Shown: positions 17,109 through 26,230, counted from the stretch's first letter. The stretch: 53,010 nucleotides of DNA from a virus (IMGVR_UViG_3300030202_000332:1-53010); one strand, 5' to 3'. The notes: a model not told the origin generated them from the letters alone. Numbers and translations are program-made.

Positions 17109-18797
17109 TTATCCTAAAGTTGCTCCTGTTATTATATTCCTTTCTAACTCTTGAGCTGTTGATACATCTCCACTAACTACAAAGGCTTGTATTGGTGCTT
17201 GTTGTTGTTCTCCTAAAGCTGAAGCTAGTGCATTAGCTCCTCCTCCACCTGCTAAGTTAAATTGTGGAGGTATTGATTCTGCTACAGATGGACTTGAAAT
17301 TGATGGCGCTGATATACTAACACTACCACCTGCACTACCTGCACCTGCTGAAGCCATAGATGCAGCTTGTTTAGTTTTACCAATAGCTTGTTTTACTGCT
17401 GATATAATTCCAACCGCCTGAGCTGCATAAGCTATTAATAAAGGTATGTTTTGTGGAAAACCTACTTTAGCGGTTTCTGCGCTACCTGCTGCTACTGCAC
17501 TACCTGCTTTAGCTCCATCTACTGTAGCTTCTACTGCAGCTTGTTGAGCTTTAATTAAAGTTTTCTTAACCTCTAATATGTTTTCCCTAGCTGCTAATAA
17601 TGTTTTAGCTACTAAGATAGCTTTACCTAATCTACTTTCTTCTCCTGCTAATCTAACTGCTGTATTAAATGTATGTTCTCTAATTGCTATCTTTTGTGCC
17701 TCTATTTCTTTTTCTCTTTGTAATCTAGCCAATTGATCTGCCGCTGCCTGAGCATCAGCTTCTTTTTGCTTTTTAATTTCCTCATCTTGCCTAGCTTTTA
17801 ATGTCTCAAAAGTTTCTCTATTCACAAAACCAACACCTGGTATAAAGAAATTATTTTCAGCAAACTCTTTCTCTGCTGCTCTTTGCTGATCTAATAAAGC
17901 TTTTCTCGCTGCGGCTTCCTCTGCTGTAAATGCAATTATTTGCCCTGTTACTTCTTTTTGTTTTGTTAGTCTAGCTTGTTCTAGTCTAATTAATTCTGCT
18001 TTTAAATTTGCCTCCTCATCTAAATCCTCTTTAGTTGATCCACTTAGTTCATTCTCAGCTTGTTTAGCTTGTAGTCTTAATTTAGCAGCCTCTATTTCTT
18101 TGTTTGTAATATCTTGCTCTACTTTACCTGCTTCTTTAAGAAACTCAATTCTTTCTTGTACTGTAAATTTTTCTTTGTTTACAGATTGCTCTAAAAGTTC
18201 AGCTCTCTTTCTATCAGCCTCTGCTCTTTCTACTATTAACTCTCTTTGTTGTTTATCAGCCTTAGCTCTAAGATCTGAAAGCTCACCTGCTATTGCTATT
18301 TCTTTACGAGTTTCTTCTCCAAAGTTTTTAATACCCTCTGTTACATCATTTAATGCCTCGCCTGCTGCTTTAAAGTTACCTGTGAAGACATTAAACATTA
18401 CATTACCAAAATCACTAATAATGTCAATTACGTTTCCTGTAACAACGCCTATTTGAGTCATTAGTTTAGCAAATCTATTTTGTCCCTCTTCTGAGTTTTT
18501 AAACATTGCAACAAGTGATCCTATAGCTAAAACTAAAGCTCCAACACCTGTAGCTAATATTGCTACTCTTAAATTCTTAAAGCTTTTTACTACATTACCT
18601 ATAGTACCTCTTAGACTTTTAAATTTAGTAATAGCTCCACCTGTAGTGCTATCTAATATATTCCCTAATTCCTCTTGAGATTCTGTAGTTTTATCTACTT
18701 GCTTTTCTAACTTAGAATACTCTTTCTGCATTTCATCTAAGTTAGCTACAGCCTCTTTGTATCTTAACTCAAAATCTATATAGACTTTCTTTGCCAT
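17109..18797 (-). CDS. Tape measure protein
   Basis: Ala-rich coiled coil with TM segments; C-terminal QAFVVSGDV. Confidence 0.8.
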   Translation of the reverse strand: MAKKVYIDFELRYKEAVANLDEMQKEYSKLEKQVDKTTESQEELGNILDSTTGGAITKFKSLRGTIGNVVKSFKNLRVAILATGVGALVLAIGSLVAMFKNSEEGQNRFAKLMTQIGVVTGNVIDIISDFGNVMFNVFTGNFKAAGEALNDVTEGIKNFGEETRKEIAIAGELSDLRAKADKQQRELIVERAEADRKRAELLEQSVNKEKFTVQERIEFLKEAGKVEQDITNKEIEAAKLRLQAKQAENELSGSTKEDLDEEANLKAELIRLEQARLTKQKEVTGQIIAFTAEEAAARKALLDQQRAAEKEFAENNFFIPGVGFVNRETFETLKARQDEEIKKQKEADAQAAADQLARLQREKEIEAQKIAIREHTFNTAVRLAGEESRLGKAILVAKTLLAARENILEVKKTLIKAQQAAVEATVDGAKAGSAVAAGSAETAKVGFPQNIPLLIAYAAQAVGIISAVKQAIGKTKQAASMASAGAGSAGGSVSISAPSISSPSVAESIPPQFNLAGGGGANALASALGEQQQAPIQAFVVSGDVSTAQELERNIITGATLG

Positions 18798-18925
18798 AAC
18801 TGTTCTTTTATTTGTTTATATCCCTCTTTTAATGTTTGTGGTATTTTATATTTACCTTTTGCTATTTTTATATTTTCCGTTTCAGCCTTTGCATAAGGCA
18901 ATAACTCTATTATATTTCTTATCAT
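18776..18925 (-). CDS. Small conserved protein (49 aa, IAKGKYKIP)
   Basis: Translated by eye; homolog 45880..46026. Confidence 0.7.
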   Translation of the reverse strand: MIRNIIELLPYAKAETENIKIAKGKYKIPQTLKEGYKQIKEQLWQRKSI

Positions 18926-21126
18926 TACGTTAATACACTTTCTGTATAAGTTGCTGTTTTAACAATTAGCTCTAATTCTGATTTACCTGTTGTTAAATTC
19001 ATTCTTATACTATTTATATAATATTCTTCTGTACCTATAGTTATAATGTCATTTAGCTTATAGTTTAACATAAAGCTAATAGGTAATTGTGCTTTCACTT
19101 TTACTATTCTGTTTTTCTTATCAAATGTTTGGACTATATATTGCTGATAAAACCTATTAAATAAATTATTAGTATTTACGTTTAGCTTATAAACATCATA
19201 CTCATTATCGAAGCTTAAAGAATGATCCCCAGTACCAATAATAGTTTCGTTTGGTGAAATGTTAGATGGTGCATTATAGGTGCTAAAAGTACCACCACCA
19301 ACAATAGGATTACTTGCTGTTAAAAATCTATTAAAGAAAATATAAGGTTTACCTAAAGCCGGTTTGCTATCTGCATCTACCCACCAACCCATAATGTTAC
19401 CTGAACCTGTTAATGTAGAAGTAGTTGTATTTTGTATATCAAACAAGGGGCTTCTTTGAAAAGGTAGTTTTTGTTCAAATGATTCTCCATCGTATTTTTC
19501 AGGAGCTGAATAACTTAAATCAGCAAACGCTTTACTAAATTTATCTACATATTCTAAACCAGTTTTAGTAACAGGATCAGAGTATTTAAAATCTATCCTA
19601 CTATATGGTATTGATCTATCTATTGTAGAATCATTAATATCTATGTATTTAGTTATATCCCTTGTAGTACCTGCTGTCATAAAGTTATCAAAAGTCTCTA
19701 CATATATTGTACTGCTATCCAGTTTAGTGTAAGCTACCAAATTAAACATCTTAAAAAGTCCTGTAAGAAAATCTATAATTTTCATTTTAGGTAAGTAATC
19801 TTGTATAAATATACTATAACCCAAAGTGAAACCTGCATTACTATAATCGTGGTTTGAAGCTGCTCCGTTTACTGTTTTAATAATTCTCATAGCTTCTGAT
19901 GGAGGAGTTAAAGGTGAGAAAACTTGTACGTTTTGATCTTCGATTAAAAATTGTATATCATATGTTCTTTGATCTAAAGTGCCACTAGTTAGATTTGTAA
20001 GTGTAACAGTTGTAGTAACTGCTGGATTAAGTGTTACGTTATCTCTATAAAACAATAGCTCGTTTGTTGTTATATCTATAACTTTTATTTTACCAAAAAA
20101 AGATGTTATACTAGGATCTAACCTTAACCTAATACCATAAGTTTCACCTGCATTTACAACTAACTTACCACCTGTTAAAACATCTCCTGAGCCTGAAACA
20201 TATGTAAAATCCGCTAAGGTTAGTTTTTTATTTCTAGTGCTAAAGTCAATACCACTATAAGATTCATTGGCACCAGCCTTACTTGTTTTCTCTCTATGCA
20301 ACCACATATAAAGTCCATCAAACATATCACTACCAAAAAAAGATTTAGTAGTTACTGTAGCACTTTCTAATACAACAAAATCATCATTAACCTCTGTAAT
20401 TACATTATCACTATTTTCTGCTAATACAAAGTCATCAGTAACCTCATCTGACATATTAAAAGTAATACCATATTGTGTTTGTATAGCTTCTATTATTAGC
20501 TTTAGCTTTATAGCAGGTTTTAACTCTTTTTTAAGATTAGCAAAAGTTACATCATATATATTAGGATCTGAGGTAGTTGCGGTGTTATATATATAATAGT
20601 TTTGTAATGTTATTAATGGCAGAACTATATTTCTATTTGAGTCGGATGTCGATACCACACCTGTAGTTTGTAATCCTGTTTGAAAAGAATCAAACAAATC
20701 ATTGTTATTATAACTAATATCGTATGTACTTAAAGGGTTTAATGAGCTTAAATCCTCATTACCAAATAAGTCATTAAGGTTACTAGGCTTTCCAAAAAAT
20801 ACTACTTTATAAGAATAAGGTAAATTGTTTTTCATTCCTACCCCATCTAACCTTATCTTACCTTTTTTAAATGGTACTTGATTTATCTCGATTCTTGCCT
20901 CTACTTGAAACCTAGCATCAAATCCACCTGTAATATTGTAGTTATAATAATGCTGAAATAGCTTGTTGTTAGTTGCTGAGGCAGGTAGATTAAAGGTTTG
21001 TGAGAAAGGCGTAAATATCTTACTTATATCTAAGATGTTTTGTAAAGAGTCAGTAATATTGATGGATTCATCTTTAAATAAATCAACTCTTGTATCTGCA
21101 ATAAATAATTGTACCTCACGTTTCAT
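18925..21126 (-). CDS. Tail tip/baseplate hub-like protein
   Basis: VDLF.DE.I, FSQTFNLPA, DFL.GLFKMFNL; tail module. Confidence 0.65.
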   Translation of the reverse strand: MKREVQLFIADTRVDLFKDESINITDSLQNILDISKIFTPFSQTFNLPASATNNKLFQHYYNYNITGGFDARFQVEARIEINQVPFKKGKIRLDGVGMKNNLPYSYKVVFFGKPSNLNDLFGNEDLSSLNPLSTYDISYNNNDLFDSFQTGLQTTGVVSTSDSNRNIVLPLITLQNYYIYNTATTSDPNIYDVTFANLKKELKPAIKLKLIIEAIQTQYGITFNMSDEVTDDFVLAENSDNVITEVNDDFVVLESATVTTKSFFGSDMFDGLYMWLHREKTSKAGANESYSGIDFSTRNKKLTLADFTYVSGSGDVLTGGKLVVNAGETYGIRLRLDPSITSFFGKIKVIDITTNELLFYRDNVTLNPAVTTTVTLTNLTSGTLDQRTYDIQFLIEDQNVQVFSPLTPPSEAMRIIKTVNGAASNHDYSNAGFTLGYSIFIQDYLPKMKIIDFLTGLFKMFNLVAYTKLDSSTIYVETFDNFMTAGTTRDITKYIDINDSTIDRSIPYSRIDFKYSDPVTKTGLEYVDKFSKAFADLSYSAPEKYDGESFEQKLPFQRSPLFDIQNTTTSTLTGSGNIMGWWVDADSKPALGKPYIFFNRFLTASNPIVGGGTFSTYNAPSNISPNETIIGTGDHSLSFDNEYDVYKLNVNTNNLFNRFYQQYIVQTFDKKNRIVKVKAQLPISFMLNYKLNDIITIGTEEYYINSIRMNLTTGKSELELIVKTATYTESVLT

Positions 21127-22088
21127 TAAATAATGTTATTAATAATATCGTTAGCATCTTCTACATCTAGTGTATATTGTACTAGTTTATCGTTTACAGA
21201 TGTTTTCTTTGTTAGTGAATTAGTAACTACTGTAACAGGGTGCCATTGTTTAGTGATAAAAGCATCTCCACTTGGAGTGTCGTAGTATATCCATACATAC
21301 TCACTTAACATTATATCTTGTATTACATCATTGTAAGCAGTTAATAAATAGTTGGTGTTTAGAGTAAAGCGTTTCCTACCATTTTTGTTAAATGTTAATA
21401 TTTGATGATCCTTTTTGTCATAAGAGCTAGAGGATTGTGTAAATATATTTCTTTTAAACGTATCACTTTTTGTAGTTATACTTTCTACATTCTTTAAGAA
21501 AAAATAAAAGTCCTGTGGAATACCTGCTTTATTAATAAACCTCATCTGTATTGCATCATACTTTGGATTGCATATTCTATCAATAGTCCAAGTATTATTA
21601 GTACCAACAACTGTTGTAGCTGAGGTGCTTATGGTGTTTTTTGTTAAAGTTCCTCCTGCCCATTCATAAGCAAATGAAGCTGTGTTATCTGGTAAATAAA
21701 TCGTTTCTGTACCGCCTGTATTTGTTACTGCTTCATCAGTCGTATCAACCTCTGAATAACCATCCCAAAAACTATTGTATCCATAATAGCCAGTATGTGT
21801 TACTGTTGCTGTAGCTAATTGTGTACCTCCACCATCTACCGCATCATAAGCATACCAAGTGCCACTTATTGATACTGTATCTATATCATCTCCTGTTGCT
21901 CCACCATAATTAGCTACATAGTAATCTTTTGCTAAAGTAGATAGTTCAAATACTGTTCTATTATTTGTAGCATTTTTTACTATCGTGTATCTTAGTGTGC
22001 TATCAATAGTCAACTCTAACTTTGCTGATAAGTGTGTAGCTGTTGTTACATTTAAAAAAAAGGGAGTTCTTAGTAATATCGTTGCCAT
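21126..22088 (-). CDS. Tail structural protein (distal tail-like)
   Basis: FINKAG, LNTNY, LSEYVW motifs; tail module. Confidence 0.55.
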   Translation of the reverse strand: MATILLRTPFFLNVTTATHLSAKLELTIDSTLRYTIVKNATNNRTVFELSTLAKDYYVANYGGATGDDIDTVSISGTWYAYDAVDGGGTQLATATVTHTGYYGYNSFWDGYSEVDTTDEAVTNTGGTETIYLPDNTASFAYEWAGGTLTKNTISTSATTVVGTNNTWTIDRICNPKYDAIQMRFINKAGIPQDFYFFLKNVESITTKSDTFKRNIFTQSSSSYDKKDHQILTFNKNGRKRFTLNTNYLLTAYNDVIQDIMLSEYVWIYYDTPSGDAFITKQWHPVTVVTNSLTKKTSVNDKLVQYTLDVEDANDIINNII

Positions 22089-22090
22089 AA

Positions 22091-22609
22091 TTAGTTTTTA
22101 TTCATATTCTCAGGGAAAAATCTTTTATCTTGTTCTATATCAAAGACAAATGCCTCAGCTAATTCATCTGGTATATATTTAAAGGCTCTTTGAAAAGGTT
22201 TAGTAAAAAAGTAACTAGGTTTTATTCCGTGTAAAAATATACTTCTAGCTACTGCATATTGTAAAGACTTTCTCTTAACAAATTTACCTGACTCATCTCT
22301 AGTACCCTCTAATCCTTTTCTTACTACCCATTGACTAAATGCTGAGGGTGGTGGCATCTTGTTTGTGTATTTATAAGGCGTGTTATATTTTGTCTTAGTA
22401 CCACTTACCCCTAAATCTTGAAAAGCACCATAGTCATCCATACTAAATAAAAGATCTATAGAATCTTTATACTCATTAATTCTGTACTCTAAGCTATCAT
22501 ATAGGTTTTTAGTAACATTCTTTTTTTCTCTTGTAAGATTAGTTCTAGCCTGTTGTATAACATACTTAGCAAACTTGTTTAATATTTCTTTGGTATCTTT
22601 TAGTCGCAT
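22091..22609 (-). CDS. Neck/tail completion protein (HK97 gp10-like)
   Basis: MPP....WV..KG, ARSI..HGIKP..FF. Confidence 0.55.
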   Translation of the reverse strand: MRLKDTKEILNKFAKYVIQQARTNLTREKKNVTKNLYDSLEYRINEYKDSIDLLFSMDDYGAFQDLGVSGTKTKYNTPYKYTNKMPPPSAFSQWVVRKGLEGTRDESGKFVKRKSLQYAVARSIFLHGIKPSYFFTKPFQRAFKYIPDELAEAFVFDIEQDKRFFPENMNKN

Positions 22610-23073
22610 AAGTTTATATCGTTTTGTACAAACACATCAAAAGTACAAGTCACACCTGCCATCTCATTTTCAAATCTTTCATAAAAGAATTCACAACTAG
22701 CATCCCCTGTTAATTGGTATTTATTAAAATGTATTGTGCCTTGCCTTAATGCTCCTACTAATCTGTTTACTACTGCTAATTGTGTATTGATTACATCCTG
22801 CTCATTATTGTTACCTCTAAATATATCAGTAGTTTCTTCTTTGCTGAGGTTTACTAAGTCCATAGCTAATACACTTATATTAAATTGTAACACCTCTTCT
22901 GTTATTGTAACACTATTTATTATAATATGAGATAAAGGAAAGATTGTTTGTTTAGATAAGTCTATTTCTGTTATATCCCCTGTTGTTACAGTATTAACAT
23001 TATTATCAGCTAATAACTGATCCTTTATAGTTTGTGTTATTTGATAATATCCTCTTACCCCTTGATTACTCAT
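22600..23073 (-). CDS. Putative tail terminator
   Basis: Size, FPL.H motif, position; conserved in B. Confidence 0.5.
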   Translation of the reverse strand: MSNQGVRGYYQITQTIKDQLLADNNVNTVTTGDITEIDLSKQTIFPLSHIIINSVTITEEVLQFNISVLAMDLVNLSKEETTDIFRGNNNEQDVINTQLAVVNRLVGALRQGTIHFNKYQLTGDASCEFFYERFENEMAGVTCTFDVFVQNDINLCD

Positions 23074-23197
23074 TTATATTTCTTTTTTTTCTTATTGTTA
23101 TATACAGCATAGGAAGTGCTGCTAATATGATAAATGTAAATAGATTTAGATGTGGCTCTCCACAAAGTCCTAATAAGTGTTTAATAGTTTCTATCAT
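23066..23197 (-). CDS. 43-aa membrane peptide MIETIKHLLGLCGEPHLNLFTFIILAALPMLYITIRKKRNINE
   Basis: Translated by eye; homologous to N-terminus of 33932..35275. Confidence 0.75.
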   Translation of the reverse strand: MIETIKHLLGLCGEPHLNLFTFIILAALPMLYITIRKKRNINE

Positions 23198-23455
23198 TTT
23201 TTCATTTTCTTTTTAATTTGATTAGCCTCATAGTCTGCCTTATCTTTCATATAGCTTAATGCATATAAACATTCGTGCATACTTAGCTTAGTGATATCTT
23301 TAAATCTTCTAATATCTCCTTGAGCGAGTCCGTGAATTGATTGATACCACCCCCATTTTCTTCCAAAATTAGCCTCTGAGCTGAGTTCATCTCCTCCTCC
23401 TGTAAATAGCTCAGCATAGTTTTCGATAAGTCCATCCCTAAATGATAAAAAAAAA
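23194..23455 (-). CDS. -1 frameshift extension of tail assembly chaperone (FFLSFRDG...FGRKWGWYQSI...KKMKK)
   Basis: T9 run at 23447-23455; open -1 frame conserved in B. Confidence 0.75.
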
Positions 23456-23930
23456 CAATAGAGCCTAATACTGCATCCATCGGCATATCTTTCATTAAAT
23501 CAGACTTATCACCTTTGTATTCCTCTATTAAATACTTATTGCTGTATCTTTGAATAATAGGGCGGTATAAAACACCCATAGCCTTTTCAATATTATCAAA
23601 GTCTCCTATATAAGTATCTAAATCTACATACTCACCAAAAGTCATTTCTTCAATATTTGGTATAAACCCATACTCTACTCCATTAATAGTAAACTCTTTT
23701 ACCAGTGGAGGCGTTTCTTTAAACATCTCTGATAATACGTTAGTAATATCTCGTATGCTAGTAGCCCTCATCTTTAGAATTAAATCTGATCTAATACCAC
23801 AAAATATTTCAATCATTTTGATAGCTAGAAAAGATTCATCATCATTATTATCTTGTATCTTTAAAAACTTTTGATACTGAGCTAAAGTTATCTCGTTAAG
23901 AGAATTAGGTACTATTACTTCTTTTCTCAT
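23283..23930 (-). CDS. Putative tail assembly chaperone (frame-0 product)
   Basis: Conserved slippery T9; homolog 50092..50739. Confidence 0.6.
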   Translation of the reverse strand: MRKEVIVPNSLNEITLAQYQKFLKIQDNNDDESFLAIKMIEIFCGIRSDLILKMRATSIRDITNVLSEMFKETPPLVKEFTINGVEYGFIPNIEEMTFGEYVDLDTYIGDFDNIEKAMGVLYRPIIQRYSNKYLIEEYKGDKSDLMKDMPMDAVLGSIVFFYHLGMDLSKTMLSYLQEEEMNSAQRLILEENGGGINQFTDSLKEILEDLKISLS

Positions 23931-23936
23931 ACTTAT

Positions 23937-23960
23937 ATAACGTAAAAAATAAAAGTTTTA
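23937..23960 (-). promoter_or_regulatory. Late-promoter motif TAAAA-N13-CGTTAT, 6 nt before ATG
   Basis: Repeat motif. Confidence 0.8.
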
Positions 23961-23964
23961 GAAA

Positions 23965-25170
23965 CTAACTTATAGTGTACTTACCTCTACTAGGGTTTTT
24001 AAGTTGGAAACTTACAGCGTATCTTACTGCATCTATTAAATGGTTAAATTTGTCTATAGGTGTGTTAGACTTTCTTTCTAACCAAGAGTAGTTGTTTAGT
24101 TCTTTGATGAGGTTAATACTATCCTCGCTTATCACTAAATCATAATCCTGTAATAACGATATACCATATGTTACACTACCTTGCCCTTTTACACTAGGCT
24201 TTACATTACATCCTTTTGATCGTATCTCACTAATTAGTCTAGGCTCAGCACTATCAGCTACTATTAAGCCATCTTTAGCGTGTTGTTGATTTAAGCGTGT
24301 TATTTCGCTTGTAGTTAAGCTAGGTAAGTAAAAACACTCTTTAAGGTATATTCGTTTATTAGAAGTGTCTATATTGGTTTCTATTAGCGTTGTAGGATCA
24401 TTACTAAATCCATAATCTTGCCCCCATACGCTTACACCTACTTTCTTAAACTCACCAATACTCCAATTACTAAATATTACGCCCTCTGCTTTATCTAACC
24501 ATCCACCCATTATAGCGTGTTTGTATTTTAGTGGGCGTCTTACTTTTAATTCGTTTATTTGCTTTAAAAATGATTCTGATAGGTTTTCTAGATTGTCTTG
24601 GTAGGTAGTGTGTATGTAAGTACAATTATCTTTGGTGTTATTGCTACCCTCTTGTACTCCTTTATCCTCAAAGAATCTTTGATATATCCAATGCTCTTTA
24701 GTAGTAGGGTTAAGTATTAATATTATCCTGTTTTGGTTTTTAGTTTCTCGTATTGTTAAATCTATCTTATCAAACGTACCCTCATCTGTTAATTCCTCAG
24801 CCTCATCTAATACCCAAGTAGTAACACCTGTAATAGATTTAAGATTTGCTGTTTGATCTCCTGATGATGTTTTAATACCCTTAAATACTATCTTACTTCC
24901 TGATCTTATATTTATTATTTCATCTTTGGTTATGTGAAAGTCGTCAAACTTATCTAAGAGTTCTATCTTCTCTATAAATTCAGGTATAATAGAAACATAT
25001 GCTGAGGTTAGTGTATATCTAGTGAATAGTATTGTGTGGTTTGCCTCGTATGTTAGCAGCACTAGCATTAAGTTAACAGAAAATGATTTACCAGAAGCTC
25101 TACCTCCTGTTATTACATAATATCTAGTATCATTACCAATAGCTTGGTATTTAGTGTTTATATCAATCAC
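23965..25170 (-). CDS. terL: Terminase large subunit (PBSX-like), type A
   Basis: GGRASGKS, VLDEAEE, LNP, DYGFSNDP, DSAEP, HLIDAVRY. Confidence 0.9.
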   Translation of the reverse strand: MIDINTKYQAIGNDTRYYVITGGRASGKSFSVNLMLVLLTYEANHTILFTRYTLTSAYVSIIPEFIEKIELLDKFDDFHITKDEIINIRSGSKIVFKGIKTSSGDQTANLKSITGVTTWVLDEAEELTDEGTFDKIDLTIRETKNQNRIILILNPTTKEHWIYQRFFEDKGVQEGSNNTKDNCTYIHTTYQDNLENLSESFLKQINELKVRRPLKYKHAIMGGWLDKAEGVIFSNWSIGEFKKVGVSVWGQDYGFSNDPTTLIETNIDTSNKRIYLKECFYLPSLTTSEITRLNQQHAKDGLIVADSAEPRLISEIRSKGCNVKPSVKGQGSVTYGISLLQDYDLVISEDSINLIKELNNYSWLERKSNTPIDKFNHLIDAVRYAVSFQLKNPSRGKYTIS

Positions 25171-25433
25171 TTAAACTTGATTAGATCCTTAAAGCTGATA
25201 CTAAAGCCCTCTGAGCTGCTAATATCTATCTTTTCTTTTGGTTTACCATATCTGTAATTAAAATACATTTGTATTGCTCTTATATCACCTTTAGCTATTA
25301 GTTCTCCTAGTTTCTTTAGTGCAATATCACTATCAATAATATTATCTAACCTTTCTACTAATTTATATTCATCAGCTTTAGGTTTTCTACCTGCTCCTAA
25401 TCTACTACCTCCTCTATTTTCTAGTTTGTACAT
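25167..25433 (-). CDS. terS: Terminase small subunit
   Basis: GGSRLGAGRKP; YRYGKP; directly upstream of terL. Confidence 0.65.
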   Translation of the reverse strand: MYKLENRGGSRLGAGRKPKADEYKLVERLDNIIDSDIALKKLGELIAKGDIRAIQMYFNYRYGKPKEKIDISSSEGFSISFKDLIKFK

Positions 25434-25460
25434 TTTGAAAAACTTTGATTAATCAAATAT

Positions 25461-25484
25461 ATAACGTTAGTTTTCAAGATTTTG
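25461..25484 (-). promoter_or_regulatory. Late-promoter motif CAAAA-N13-CGTTAT upstream of terS
   Basis: Repeat motif; here with a longer leader. Confidence 0.75.
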
Positions 25485-25610
25485 TTCTGGTAGTCTTTTT
25501 TTAATCTCTAGTATCTCTCTAGATAACTTATCTACCATTATATAAAGATTAGCTGTTATTCTTTCTATCTGTGCTATCTTTTGTTTTTGTGTCCATTTCT
25601 TATCTTTCAA
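25467..25610 (-). CDS. Small coiled-coil protein (47 aa, TTG start)
   Basis: Near-identical ORF at 52230..52373. Confidence 0.6.
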   Translation of the reverse strand: MKDKKWTQKQKIAQIERITANLYIMVDKLSREILEIKKRLPEQNLEN

Positions 25611-26230
25611 AATAATCTTGTTTGTTGTTTATGTTGTTCTATTCGTTTGTTTGCTGCTTCAAAGTATTCTTTGTCTATTTCGTATGCTGTTAGCTCAAAG
25701 CCTAAATTATGACAAGCTATAGCTATTGAGCCACTACCTAAATGTGTGTCAAGTATTGTATCTCCCTCTTTAGCATAATTCATAAGCAACCACTCATATA
25801 ACTGTATAGGTTTTTGTGTAGGGTGTATGCTTCCACCCTCCCACATTATTTGATGCTGAATTTGCTTTCCTGTGTCAAATACTTTACCATTGATGTTATA
25901 AGAAGTCCATAATAATTCAGCTTGTGCAAAATTAGGTGCAGGATTGTTTTTTACCCAACAAATAAAAGATTTGGTGGAGTATAAATGCTCCATAAAATAA
26001 TTAGCTCCACAAATAATTTGATTTTGACTTACTCTAAATAATTCTTTGAAATAATATTTATTTGGAGTTGCATCATCCCAATTTTTGTTTTTCGCTTCAT
26101 ACTTTTTTCTTGAATGTAAACCCACACCTTGAGCAGCACCAATACCATAAGGAGGATCAACAATAGCTAAGTCAAACTGATTGTCTGACATCTCTTTCAT
26201 TGCCTCCATACAGTCTTGATTGTATATCAT
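25607..26230 (-). CDS. DNA N6-adenine/N4-cytosine methyltransferase (beta class)
   Basis: DPPY, HPTQKP, DTHLGSGS motifs. Confidence 0.9.
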   Translation of the reverse strand: MIYNQDCMEAMKEMSDNQFDLAIVDPPYGIGAAQGVGLHSRKKYEAKNKNWDDATPNKYYFKELFRVSQNQIICGANYFMEHLYSTKSFICWVKNNPAPNFAQAELLWTSYNINGKVFDTGKQIQHQIMWEGGSIHPTQKPIQLYEWLLMNYAKEGDTILDTHLGSGSIAIACHNLGFELTAYEIDKEYFEAANKRIEQHKQQTRLF

